Positions 9,353-18,400 of a stretch of DNA of 64,000 bases are shown piece by piece. Under the pieces are notes generated by a model. The model ran no database searches. It was not told the origin of the DNA and worked only from the letters and a program-made list of their open reading frames with translations. The stretch's first letter is position 1. Each line of letters opens with the position of its first letter. Source of the DNA: an uncultured cyanobacterium. GTDB lineage: Bacteria > Cyanobacteriota > Cyanobacteriia > PCC-9006 > JAAUQQ01. The stretch spans positions 576,001 through 640,000 of the forward strand of contig OY970368.1 in NCBI GenBank assembly GCA_963718615.1. Direction: 5' to 3'. Both the position numbers and the translations under genes were made by a program.

Positions 9353-10669
9353 TCATCCTGTAGGTGAGGACTTGACTTCATCAATCGGATAGTTTGACAC
9401 AATTGGCTGCCGTCGCCAACGCTGGGGCAGATATTGGGAGGCAAACAAGATTCTCACAGCACTAAAGGCGTGGGTTAGGTGGGTAAACGGCACAATAAAA
9501 ACAAGACCCAGTGTTGATACAATCCCCTGAGAAGACCGAGCAATGGGAGTTGAACCCGCAGCAACAACGAAGCGTTCGGCGGTCAGAATTAAAAGAACTA
9601 GCGCAAATAGATAAATACAATACCCAGATAAAATCCAGCGGAGCGTCCAAACATCCCCTGCGATCGCACTCGTAGATAATTTCCACAGAAAGCGCAGGTT
9701 GGTCAGCGAAACGAAAACACCTTGGGCGGCGAGAAGAATCCAAAATCGATGGTGACGTCGCAAAGCCCCCAGACGCTGCCGAATTTCTTGGCTGAGGTGA
9801 GGGGGATCGAGGGGCGATCGCCGCATATCCATGAGAGAGCCTACAAATCGAATCCTCTGGCCATCTTGATGCAATAACTGTCCCAGGGCCACATCCGTAA
9901 GACCCATATTTCGCCAACGTTCTAGCACCAGATTGTCCGTCAAATAAGCGGTTCTCACGGCCATTGAACCGTTCCAGAGAATGCGAGAGACACAAATCAT
10001 TTGAATGGCGGCGATGCCATTCCAGGCATACTGAGCCAGTTCTTGTAGACCGGCCAGAGGATGGCGCGATCGCGGTGGATGACGATGCCAAGGATAACTC
10101 GTAGTTGCAGTCATACCTTGCAGCGCTAGGGGAGCAACCAATTCACGCAACCAGGTTGAGCAGAGCGTGAGCTGTGGACTCACCATGGCCAAGACTTCCG
10201 GGGAAGAGGTGAAACCTTTCTGAATGAAAGACAAGACCTGGGCATAGGCTGCGTGGAAAAATTGATTGAGGTTATGCAGTTCCTTAGGGGTTTCTAAACT
10301 AGAATATTCAACCGGAATACTCGGATATTCAGCCAACAATTGGTTTAGAAGACTCTGATCAATTTCACCACGGGGATCTAAAATAATTTGCAGTTGGTAA
10401 TTAGGATAATCCTGGGTTAGTAAAGAACGTAAACAAACAGCCTCTTGGCGACCTAATTCACGCAAAGGTAAGACAACCAAAGCGCTGGGTAGATTATAAC
10501 CAATCTCTGACAAAGAAATGGCGCAAGCGCGAGTTCCTCGGAGACGAAAGCATAAAAAGACCCACAGCCCCAAGTGAAAGTAAGAAAGCAATAACAGGTT
10601 CCAAAAGAGAAAGGGAACGCTTAATAAAAACGAAATAAAATCTTGCATCTGGCCATCTCGATGGGGCAC
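9353..10669 (-). CDS. GT2/GT21-like glycosyltransferase paralog with degenerate catalytic motifs
   Basis: Shares SLLTQDYPNY, TWLRELVAPL and GSMAVR with 422-1681, but the DxD position reads SPQ; alternative ATG at 10648. Confidence 0.75.
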   Translation of the reverse strand: MPHRDGQMQDFISFLLSVPFLFWNLLLLSYFHLGLWVFLCFRLRGTRACAISLSEIGYNLPSALVVLPLRELGRQEAVCLRSLLTQDYPNYQLQIILDPRGEIDQSLLNQLLAEYPSIPVEYSSLETPKELHNLNQFFHAAYAQVLSFIQKGFTSSPEVLAMVSPQLTLCSTWLRELVAPLALQGMTATTSYPWHRHPPRSRHPLAGLQELAQYAWNGIAAIQMICVSRILWNGSMAVRTAYLTDNLVLERWRNMGLTDVALGQLLHQDGQRIRFVGSLMDMRRSPLDPPHLSQEIRQRLGALRRHHRFWILLAAQGVFVSLTNLRFLWKLSTSAIAGDVWTLRWILSGYCIYLFALVLLILTAERFVVAAGSTPIARSSQGIVSTLGLVFIVPFTHLTHAFSAVRILFASQYLPQRWRRQPIVSNYPIDEVKSSPTG

Positions 10670-10756
10670 ATTCTCATAGATACATTCATCATAGGAGAAG
10701 GCTGAAGAAAAAACACCTCTCGTATCTACGACTACGACGACTCGGATTAACGATCA

Positions 10757-11614
10757 CTAGGATTTGAGACTCGCAAGCTGATGCTTCGCCTTGAGAGCGA
10801 TCGCCCGCTGTCGATTGAGCTCTGTCACCCCCAAGGAATGGGAAACCCAATCTCCAAAAGCTGGGAACAATTGCCGAATAGCAGAGGTTGCCCGAGCCGA
10901 AAATTCTAGGGCAGTTCCTTGATTCACAATCAACTCTGCACGATTCGTCAGGATAGCCGTTATGACACCCTCAGCAACGCGGGATGGGGGAGAAATACCC
11001 GAAAGTTTGGGCGCAGGCAGATGAGTGTTTGCAAACATCCCTAACTGCGCAATATAGCCGGGGCAGACCACAGAGGTTTTGACTGCCGTATGGGCCAATT
11101 CTTGCCGAAGCGAATCACTCCAGAGCAGCAAACCTGCCTTACTTGCAGCATAAACGCTATCGTAGGGATGTGCCATTTTTGCAGCAAGCGAAGCAATATT
11201 AACGATATGACCCTGCTGGCGAGCCAAAAATCCGGGCAATAACAGTCGGGTTAATTCCATGGCCGCAATGAGATTAATCGCCAACACATCCTGCATATGA
11301 CCCAGAGAACAATCCTCAAAGGCTCGATAGCTTGAAACGCCCGCGTTATTAATCAAAATATCAACCGGGCCGTGTTCATACTCAATTTGCTCGATCAAGC
11401 GAGCTAGAGTTTCTGAGGCAGACAAATCCCAAACAACGCTGAAGGCTTTTCCGCCCACCGCCTGTAACGCTTGACTCCAAGCATCAAGTTGAAGTTGAGC
11501 AATATCAACGCCAATCACATACGCGCCCTCTTGACAAAGACGTTGCCCAATATAAGTTCCCAGACCACCCCCTGCTCCCGTTAAGATAACCTTCTTTCCC
11601 AATAGGTTTGTCAT
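10757..11614 (-). CDS. hetN: HetN-like short-chain dehydrogenase/ketoacyl reductase
   Basis: TGAGGGLG, INNAG, YAASK, CPGY; resembles HetN along its length as recalled, and lies directly after the hglB-like genes. Confidence 0.8.
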   Translation of the reverse strand: MTNLLGKKVILTGAGGGLGTYIGQRLCQEGAYVIGVDIAQLQLDAWSQALQAVGGKAFSVVWDLSASETLARLIEQIEYEHGPVDILINNAGVSSYRAFEDCSLGHMQDVLAINLIAAMELTRLLLPGFLARQQGHIVNIASLAAKMAHPYDSVYAASKAGLLLWSDSLRQELAHTAVKTSVVCPGYIAQLGMFANTHLPAPKLSGISPPSRVAEGVITAILTNRAELIVNQGTALEFSARATSAIRQLFPAFGDWVSHSLGVTELNRQRAIALKAKHQLASLKS

Positions 11615-11668
11615 TGTATTTAGTAATTTAGAATCCGCAAAATGAGTTCGGAGCAATCGCGAATCCGG

Positions 11669-13114
11669 TTAAGACAGGTTCAGCATGCCAAAGCCAAATG
11701 CGATGCTGACGCTGAAAAGCAATAGCGCTGCGGTGGTCGCGATCGCCTTTTGACGCGGTGTAGAAAGCACATAAAGCAGCTTCGGATTGAGATAGCTAGA
11801 ACTGGGTAATTCCAAGAAGCCACTCTTGATAAAGTAAGACAAAAACCGACCCAAAACCTTTGCGTCCGGCGGCGGACAAACAATGTTGGACCCTTGCAAG
11901 GCTTGCAGCGTTGCATCACAGTTAATCGTGGGTCGCTTATCCGCTGCATTGAGTTCAGGAATGGTCAAGCCATCCTCGTACTCTTGGGTAAAAAAGGGAA
12001 TCAATCGATAGAACGGATTCTCGGGTCCTGTGGCATGGTGCTTCAGGGCTTCGGTCCATTCTCGATAGGGAATCTGCCGAATGGAAATCCCGAGGGACTG
12101 GCAGGCGTTGACCAACTCGCTCAGGGGAACGGGCTGGGGATGTTGCAGGTGAAAGACTTTGCCGAGGGAGTCTGGCTTGAGCGAGAGATAGACAATGGAC
12201 CGGCTCACATAATCCACTGGCGAAGCATCTAGCGTGAAGTTCAAGTCTGGCAGAACACCCATTTGGAAGCACTGCTTGAGCATCATGCAAACGAAGTCAT
12301 TCGTATTGGTAATGCCGGTTTTGCTATCGCCAGAAATGAAGGAAGCGCGGTGGATGGTCACGGGAAGACCGCGATCGCGCGCCAGCATCACAATCTGCTC
12401 CGCCACCCATTTGCTGTGGGAATAGCCGATGAACATGCCCTCGGTGGAATCCAAGGGATCGCTTTCCGTGAGAACCTGACCCGCATAGGTGGGAGATTCA
12501 AACACCGCCACGCTGGAGACGTAATGCACAGGCTTAGTTTTGGATTGGCAAGCCAACCGCAAAATCTCCTGGGTGCCCAAAACATTCGGCTTTTTGAGCG
12601 CGGCATAGGGCAGGATGTAATTGAGCACAGCGGCGCTATGGTAGATCGAATCGACCTGCTGGGCCAACTGCGCAAAGTTCGCTTCGCTCAACCCTAAACG
12701 AGGCTGACTGATATCGCCCAAGACGGGAATAATCCGTTGGGCCGCTGATTCTTGCCAGAGGTTGTAGCGCTCTAGGTTTTGCTTAAGTCGCTGATAGCCC
12801 TCTGCTTCGTCCTGAGCGCGCGTCAAACAATAAATATCAGCGGCGGTTTCTTGCAACAAATCTTGGAGCAGAAACGCACCCAAATAACCCGTTGCTCCCG
12901 TGATAAAAATGGCTTTGGGCTCAGTCAGCAGCGCAGTGACCGGGGTTGCAGGCCGAATTTCTGGGTCTAGTTTGACCTCTGCCTTCAGGTCGAGGGCTTT
13001 AGGGACAAAGGGTTTGTCCTTAGGACGACGCCCCCCTTCTTGTTGCAGGCGAGCCCGCAGCAGTTCCCGCTGTTCTGGGCTGAGTTTGGCCAGCCGCTCG
13101 GATAGGTTATTCAT
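11669..13114 (-). CDS. thioester reductase (HglB/HetM R domain) with N-terminal docking-like helix and C-terminal TM helix
   Basis: ITGATGYLG, GDISQPRLGL, NVLGTQEILRLA, HYVSS, GYSHSKWVAE. Confidence 0.9.
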   Translation of the reverse strand: MNNLSERLAKLSPEQRELLRARLQQEGGRRPKDKPFVPKALDLKAEVKLDPEIRPATPVTALLTEPKAIFITGATGYLGAFLLQDLLQETAADIYCLTRAQDEAEGYQRLKQNLERYNLWQESAAQRIIPVLGDISQPRLGLSEANFAQLAQQVDSIYHSAAVLNYILPYAALKKPNVLGTQEILRLACQSKTKPVHYVSSVAVFESPTYAGQVLTESDPLDSTEGMFIGYSHSKWVAEQIVMLARDRGLPVTIHRASFISGDSKTGITNTNDFVCMMLKQCFQMGVLPDLNFTLDASPVDYVSRSIVYLSLKPDSLGKVFHLQHPQPVPLSELVNACQSLGISIRQIPYREWTEALKHHATGPENPFYRLIPFFTQEYEDGLTIPELNAADKRPTINCDATLQALQGSNIVCPPPDAKVLGRFLSYFIKSGFLELPSSSYLNPKLLYVLSTPRQKAIATTAALLLFSVSIAFGFGMLNLS

Positions 13115-13128
13115 CGGTGGTGCCCTCT

Positions 13129-13476
13129 CTAATTGGCCGAGGACGTTTGTTCAACGTCCGCCAGAATTTTCTCTAGGGTGGCGTCATCGACCTGAGCCAG
13201 TAGTTGGTCGTCGGTGTTCTCTTGAGCCTCTTCAGCCAAGCGTTCTGATAAGGTTTCGATAGTGGGATAGTGCCACAGTAGGGTTGGAGCCACTTCAAAT
13301 CCCAAAAATTTTTCAGCTTCTGCCATTAAAGCCATGGCCTTCGCTGAATCTAGACCAAAGTTATCGAGGGTAACGGTCACGTCAATCTCATCCGTATCCA
13401 TGTCGAGCTGGGTTGCCAGCTGGGTGACCATCCAATCCTGAATCGATTCAGCCGTAAACGTTTCCATAGAACTCAT
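13129..13476 (-). CDS. stand-alone acyl carrier protein (HglB N-terminal ACP-like) with acidic C-terminal helix
   Basis: FGLDSAKAM phosphopantetheine site, PTLLWHYPTIETLSERL. Confidence 0.9.
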   Translation of the reverse strand: MSSMETFTAESIQDWMVTQLATQLDMDTDEIDVTVTLDNFGLDSAKAMALMAEAEKFLGFEVAPTLLWHYPTIETLSERLAEEAQENTDDQLLAQVDDATLEKILADVEQTSSAN

Positions 13477-13763
13477 AGAATTTACTCAATTTACCTAATT
13501 TAAACCCATTTAATTTTAAAGCGTTCGATAGATTCAAGGGAGCGATCGCAAGGTTACGGTCAAGAACGGGTCGCGAATCCTATCGCCGAAATCGATTTCA
13601 GAAGTTCAATCTACAGAGATACTACTATAGTTTTACTTTTCTTCTGCTCATGGAAAGCGCAGCGAGAAACTTCATGAAAGCTTAAATTCAGTGTTAATTT
13701 TCCAACTGTAAATTCCACAGTTTTTCTCCCGGTTGAAGCCGATGGCTGGCACCCTCAAAACAG

Positions 13764-15410
13764 TCAGGGCAGCGGACGATAGGCGCTTAGGGCCGCAGGT
13801 AATCGAATCCCCTGAAGGCTGAGGGTTTGAATCCGGTAGTTATAGGCTGCACCCACGAGGAGCTGATGACCGACCTCCACCACCTGGCGCTGGGCCGCAG
13901 GTTGCAAATGGGAGCCTCGAACCCATTCGTTAAACGCGCCCATGGCTGGACCACACCAAATTTGGTAGTCCATTTTGCGGGCGGGGTCGGCATTTCTGGC
14001 CCAGCGGGAGGAGAGGCCCAGGTAGCGGCGGAAAATCAGAGCCATCTGGAGTTTAGGATTTTTGCTGGCCCGTTCGAGCTTGGCGGGATTGCGTTGGCTC
14101 AAGTAATCGGCGACCTCTTGCCAAGCAGCGTCGAAGGATTGCTGGAGGACTTGCTTTTCGATTTTTTCCCGTTCGGCAGGGGGGATATCGGCGATCGCCT
14201 CATAGGCCCGATAAATCTCGTAGAGCTTTTGAGCCCGCATTGGGAAAAACGTTCCTTTCTTGAGCACCTGTACCTTCACCCCATCCTCGAACATATCCGC
14301 AGCGGGAGCCTGGGTGACATCGGCCATTTCCGCCTTGGTCAGGAGTTCCTTGGTATGGTCCGAGGTGCCTGCTTCTACACAGGATTGGTTGATTGAACCG
14401 GTAACCACGTAGGCCGCGCCCATCATGAAGGCCCCCAGAACGGCTTCCGGGGTGGCAATGCCGCCCGCTGCACCGATCCGCACAGGTTGGCCATAGTTTT
14501 GCTCCGCCTGGATTTGGTCGCGAATAGCAATCATCCCCGGCAAAATACACACCAGCGGTCGATTGTCCGTATGGCCGCCGGAATCGGCTTCCACGGTGAT
14601 GTCATCGGCCATGGGAACCGATTGGGCGAGCTGGGCCTGTTGGGACGTAATCAGCCCTTGTTCGACCAAATCCTTGAGGATCCGTTCGGGGGCGGGTCGC
14701 ATGAATTTGGAGGCGACTTCCTGGCGGGAAACCTTGGCAATTACACGGTTGTGGACTTCGATTTGGTTGGCGGCATTAAGCTGAAGTCCGGCGACACGGT
14801 AGTAAACGATATTGGGCGTCAGGGCCAAAAAGGCTGAAGCTTCGACGGTGCGAACGCCATATTTGAGATATAAATCCACCACGGCCCGTTCTGCGGCTTG
14901 GTCATGGGGATTGTGGAGCAGATTAAAGGCGTAGGGGCCGTGGGGGAGGGCTTGCTGGATCTGGGCGATCGCTCCCTCAACCCGCTCCAAGGACAATCCG
15001 CCAGTCCCCATCGAGCCCATCAATCCCGCTCGACCCAAGGCAATCACCATCTCCTCCGAGGCAATGCCGCCAGCCATGGCTCCGGCCATGTAGGCGTAGG
15101 AGGTGCGATGACAGGTTAAAAAGCTCGAATCCCCCAGATTTTGCAGGGGTAACGGGGGAAGCGTGGCGAGGAGTTCTGCTTGACCCGTGGTTTGGCCGGG
15201 AAGGGTTGGGCTGGCGATCGCCCCACTCTGGGTCACTCCCACCTGTCCCTGCCAACGCACGACAAACAGGGACTGATCTAACTGCAAAAGCAATTGCCGA
15301 ATCTCAGCTTCGCCCCAAACCAAGCTGGAGGGGTCGCCCTGCCAAAACTGTGAATGACCTGAACTAAGCGGACTTTGCAAAATCGGTTGGGAAAGCGTCG
15401 CTGGAATCAT
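13764..15410 (-). CDS. hglA: PfaD/HglA-family enoyl reductase
   Basis: AGAMAGGIAS, VEASAF, EADSGGHTDNRP, APAADMFE, YQIWCGPAMGAFN. Confidence 0.93.
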   Translation of the reverse strand: MIPATLSQPILQSPLSSGHSQFWQGDPSSLVWGEAEIRQLLLQLDQSLFVVRWQGQVGVTQSGAIASPTLPGQTTGQAELLATLPPLPLQNLGDSSFLTCHRTSYAYMAGAMAGGIASEEMVIALGRAGLMGSMGTGGLSLERVEGAIAQIQQALPHGPYAFNLLHNPHDQAAERAVVDLYLKYGVRTVEASAFLALTPNIVYYRVAGLQLNAANQIEVHNRVIAKVSRQEVASKFMRPAPERILKDLVEQGLITSQQAQLAQSVPMADDITVEADSGGHTDNRPLVCILPGMIAIRDQIQAEQNYGQPVRIGAAGGIATPEAVLGAFMMGAAYVVTGSINQSCVEAGTSDHTKELLTKAEMADVTQAPAADMFEDGVKVQVLKKGTFFPMRAQKLYEIYRAYEAIADIPPAEREKIEKQVLQQSFDAAWQEVADYLSQRNPAKLERASKNPKLQMALIFRRYLGLSSRWARNADPARKMDYQIWCGPAMGAFNEWVRGSHLQPAAQRQVVEVGHQLLVGAAYNYRIQTLSLQGIRLPAALSAYRPLP

Positions 15411-15458
15411 AGGGAGTAAATAGGGAATTCGTATAGGGGGTTGGTCATCGCAACCGGC

Positions 15459-18400
15459 TTAGGTCCGAGAGGAGGTGGGCTGGGCCTCTGAATCCTCGGC
15501 GGTCTCCGGATCGTCTTGTAAGGTTTCCCTGGCCTGGGTTAAATGCAGCTCAATCAGGTCGCGCAAGCTGTGTAATCCGGCTTGGCGATTTTTGAGAAAG
15601 GCGGCGTGGGCTTGGCTCATGGCGGTTTGGGACTCGACTAGAGCGGGAGTTGGGGGGTTGGGGGGTTGGGGGGTTGGGAGGGCTGGAACGGGAGGGGCTG
15701 GAACGGGAGGAGAGGCGATCGCGCCTGCCATTGGGTTGACGAATTCAGGCAGTTTTACGGGCTCAGGCGGTTTCACGGGCTCAGGCGGTTTCACGGGCTC
15801 AGGCGGCTGAACAGGAGCAGCCTGACGTTTGATCTGAACGTCCTTAAATTTCTGGCGATTCTGATCGCTCAAAATCGTCTGCTGAATTGCAGGCCCACCC
15901 AAGGGAATCGTTTTGACCATCGTTGTCCGCTTTTGGGGTTGCGGCGCATCCGTGCCGTAAAGGGGCGTCAAATCGACGGGGACTCGGTGACTGACAAGCC
16001 GAGCCAAGGCGCGCACGATGGAGCTATGGTCATCCATGCCACGACGGTTGAGCAGTGTTGTCAGGTGGGGCTTATCCTTGAGGGTTTCGCTAATCCAGCG
16101 GGAGCAGGTGCCGCCTGCCCCGACTTCAACGAAGATCCGCGCCCCATCGTCATAGATCTGATTGACGAGGCGAGGGAAATCCAGTGGGTTGCAAAGGTTC
16201 GTCGCAATGCTGCGGCCAATTTCCTGGCTTTCCACGGCGATGGGCTGGTAGGCCGCTGCGGAATAAAACTTGACGGGGGGTCGGTTGTGGACCGCTAGGC
16301 CGTTGAGCTTGACCAGTTCGTCATACTCCGAGGCCATGGCAGGACAGTGGATAACGTGGTTGAAGGGAGCCCGGAAGGCGTTGCAGCCCAGCTTTTCAAT
16401 CACCTGCTTACAGGCATCAGGATGGCCCGCGATCACGACTTCGTTGGGGGTGTTGATCTGGGTGAGATAGGCTCGTTCAACGGTTGCGACGACGGTACGA
16501 ACGTCTTCGACGGGGGCAACCAGGACAAAATTGCTCCAGAGATCTTGGCCATCGGCTGCGGTGACCGTTGGCAGGCCCCAATGTTCGCGGACGGCGTTTT
16601 TGGGTCCCGAGAGGCGATCGCCAAACAAAGGCGACTGGGCCAAGGAGTGACTGCCCTGGCCAAACTCCGAGTTGGCAAAGACGCCTTGGGAAAGCATCAT
16701 GCTGGTTTCTCCGAGGCTGTAGCCCAGGGCCATGTCGGGCTGAAGCTTGAAATAATTTTGCAAAATCGAGGTGGTAAACCCAGCGCAGCCAATTTCCGCT
16801 TCAAACATCGCTAGGGGATCCGCCAGAAGACGATTATCTAGGTCTTCAAGCTGACGGCGGGTGAGGGCGTTGAGGCTGCGGGGGTAAATGGCTCGGTCAA
16901 TGCCAACCAGGCGATCGCCCAAATTGGAGAGCATGGGGTCGTTAAAAATCTCCGGGAAGAGCCGGAAGCGATCGCGAGCCTGCCCCACATAGGCACTAAA
17001 GGCCCCAGGATAAACAAAGGCTACTTTTCCCTGGGCTCCCTGGGGCCGAGCGGTGAAAAAGCTGCCGCCGGGGGTTTGCCAGTCTTCGCCGGTTTCAAAG
17101 GCCTTGGCCAGGGTTTCGAGGGCCTTGCCAGTTTCCCGCCGGAGGCTTTTGGGTTTGTTGCCCACGAGGGTGAGGGCATAGGGCAGGTGGGTTTCCTGTT
17201 GGTACGCCTGGAATGTGGCTTTGGCCAGGGCTGAAAGCGATTCGCCAGTTTCAGGTTGGGTTTCGAGCTGGGCTAAGAGGGCAGAGAGCTTGGCTTCGAG
17301 ACTGGGGCGATCGCTCGCGGCCAGCGGAAACAAATAAAACGGCGTCTGCTCCAAATACCGACTTGACCGATGCACTTGGGCCAAATCTTCCGACAAGATC
17401 AAATGGGCGACGGTCCCGCCAATTCCCAGATGACTGACTGCTGCGCGCCGCTTGCCGCCCGTGGCCACGAGCCAACCTCGAGATTCCTGGGGCACATAGA
17501 AGGGGGTACCCACCCAGCGCTCGGCCTCTTGGGGCGCAGACCATTTGGGGAGGGCTGGAAGATAACGATGATAGAGACAGAGGGCCGTTTTAATCAGACT
17601 CGCCATAGTGGCTGCAACGCCCGTATAGCCAATGTTGGCGGTGACGCTGCCGAGGGCGCAGGTGAGGTCGTCGCCTCGGTAGGCTTGGGTAATGCCTTGG
17701 CATTCGAGGCGATCGCGTTCCGGCATACCACTGCCACAGACTTCCAGATAGCCAATTTCCGCTGCGCTGATTCCCACCCGCCCGTGGGCAAGGGTACAGG
17801 TCTGCGCCAAATCCTTGGCCCAGCCAAATTCCATGGCATCAACAACGGCATAAATCCGATCCTGGGTCTGTTGAGCCGCTTCTAAACGCTTCAGCACAAC
17901 CGCCCCCGCCCCTTCACCCACCATGGAGCCCGTGGCCTTTTGGTCATAGCTCAGCGTGGGTACGCCGCGATTGACCTGGGCTTCCCGGTTGCGCAGGAGC
18001 ACCTGCTCAAACCCTCCGGCCAAATCCACCGCACCCACCACCACGGCATCGGCATGACCATGGGCCAGCAGATTCTGCGCCACTTCGAGGGCCTTCACCG
18101 TGGAATCCTCGCCCGCGCTGAGCGTAAACGAGGGCGCGTTAAAATCCCATAGCGCCGAAATCCGGCTGGGCATGATATTGCCGATATAGCCCACATATTC
18201 GCTCGTCTGGGCCGGACCATGGATGCTGTCCTTGAGAATCGCTTCCAGCTCCAACCGCTGGGTTTCTGGCATCTCGGCCCGCTGTTCCGCTAGGCCATCT
18301 TTCACCTGCCAAGCAAAATTCCAACGCTGCTGGAGCTGGTGAATCGATAATTCCGTTTCCATGGCGATGATCACCGCCACAGCTTGGCCTTCTTGGATTT

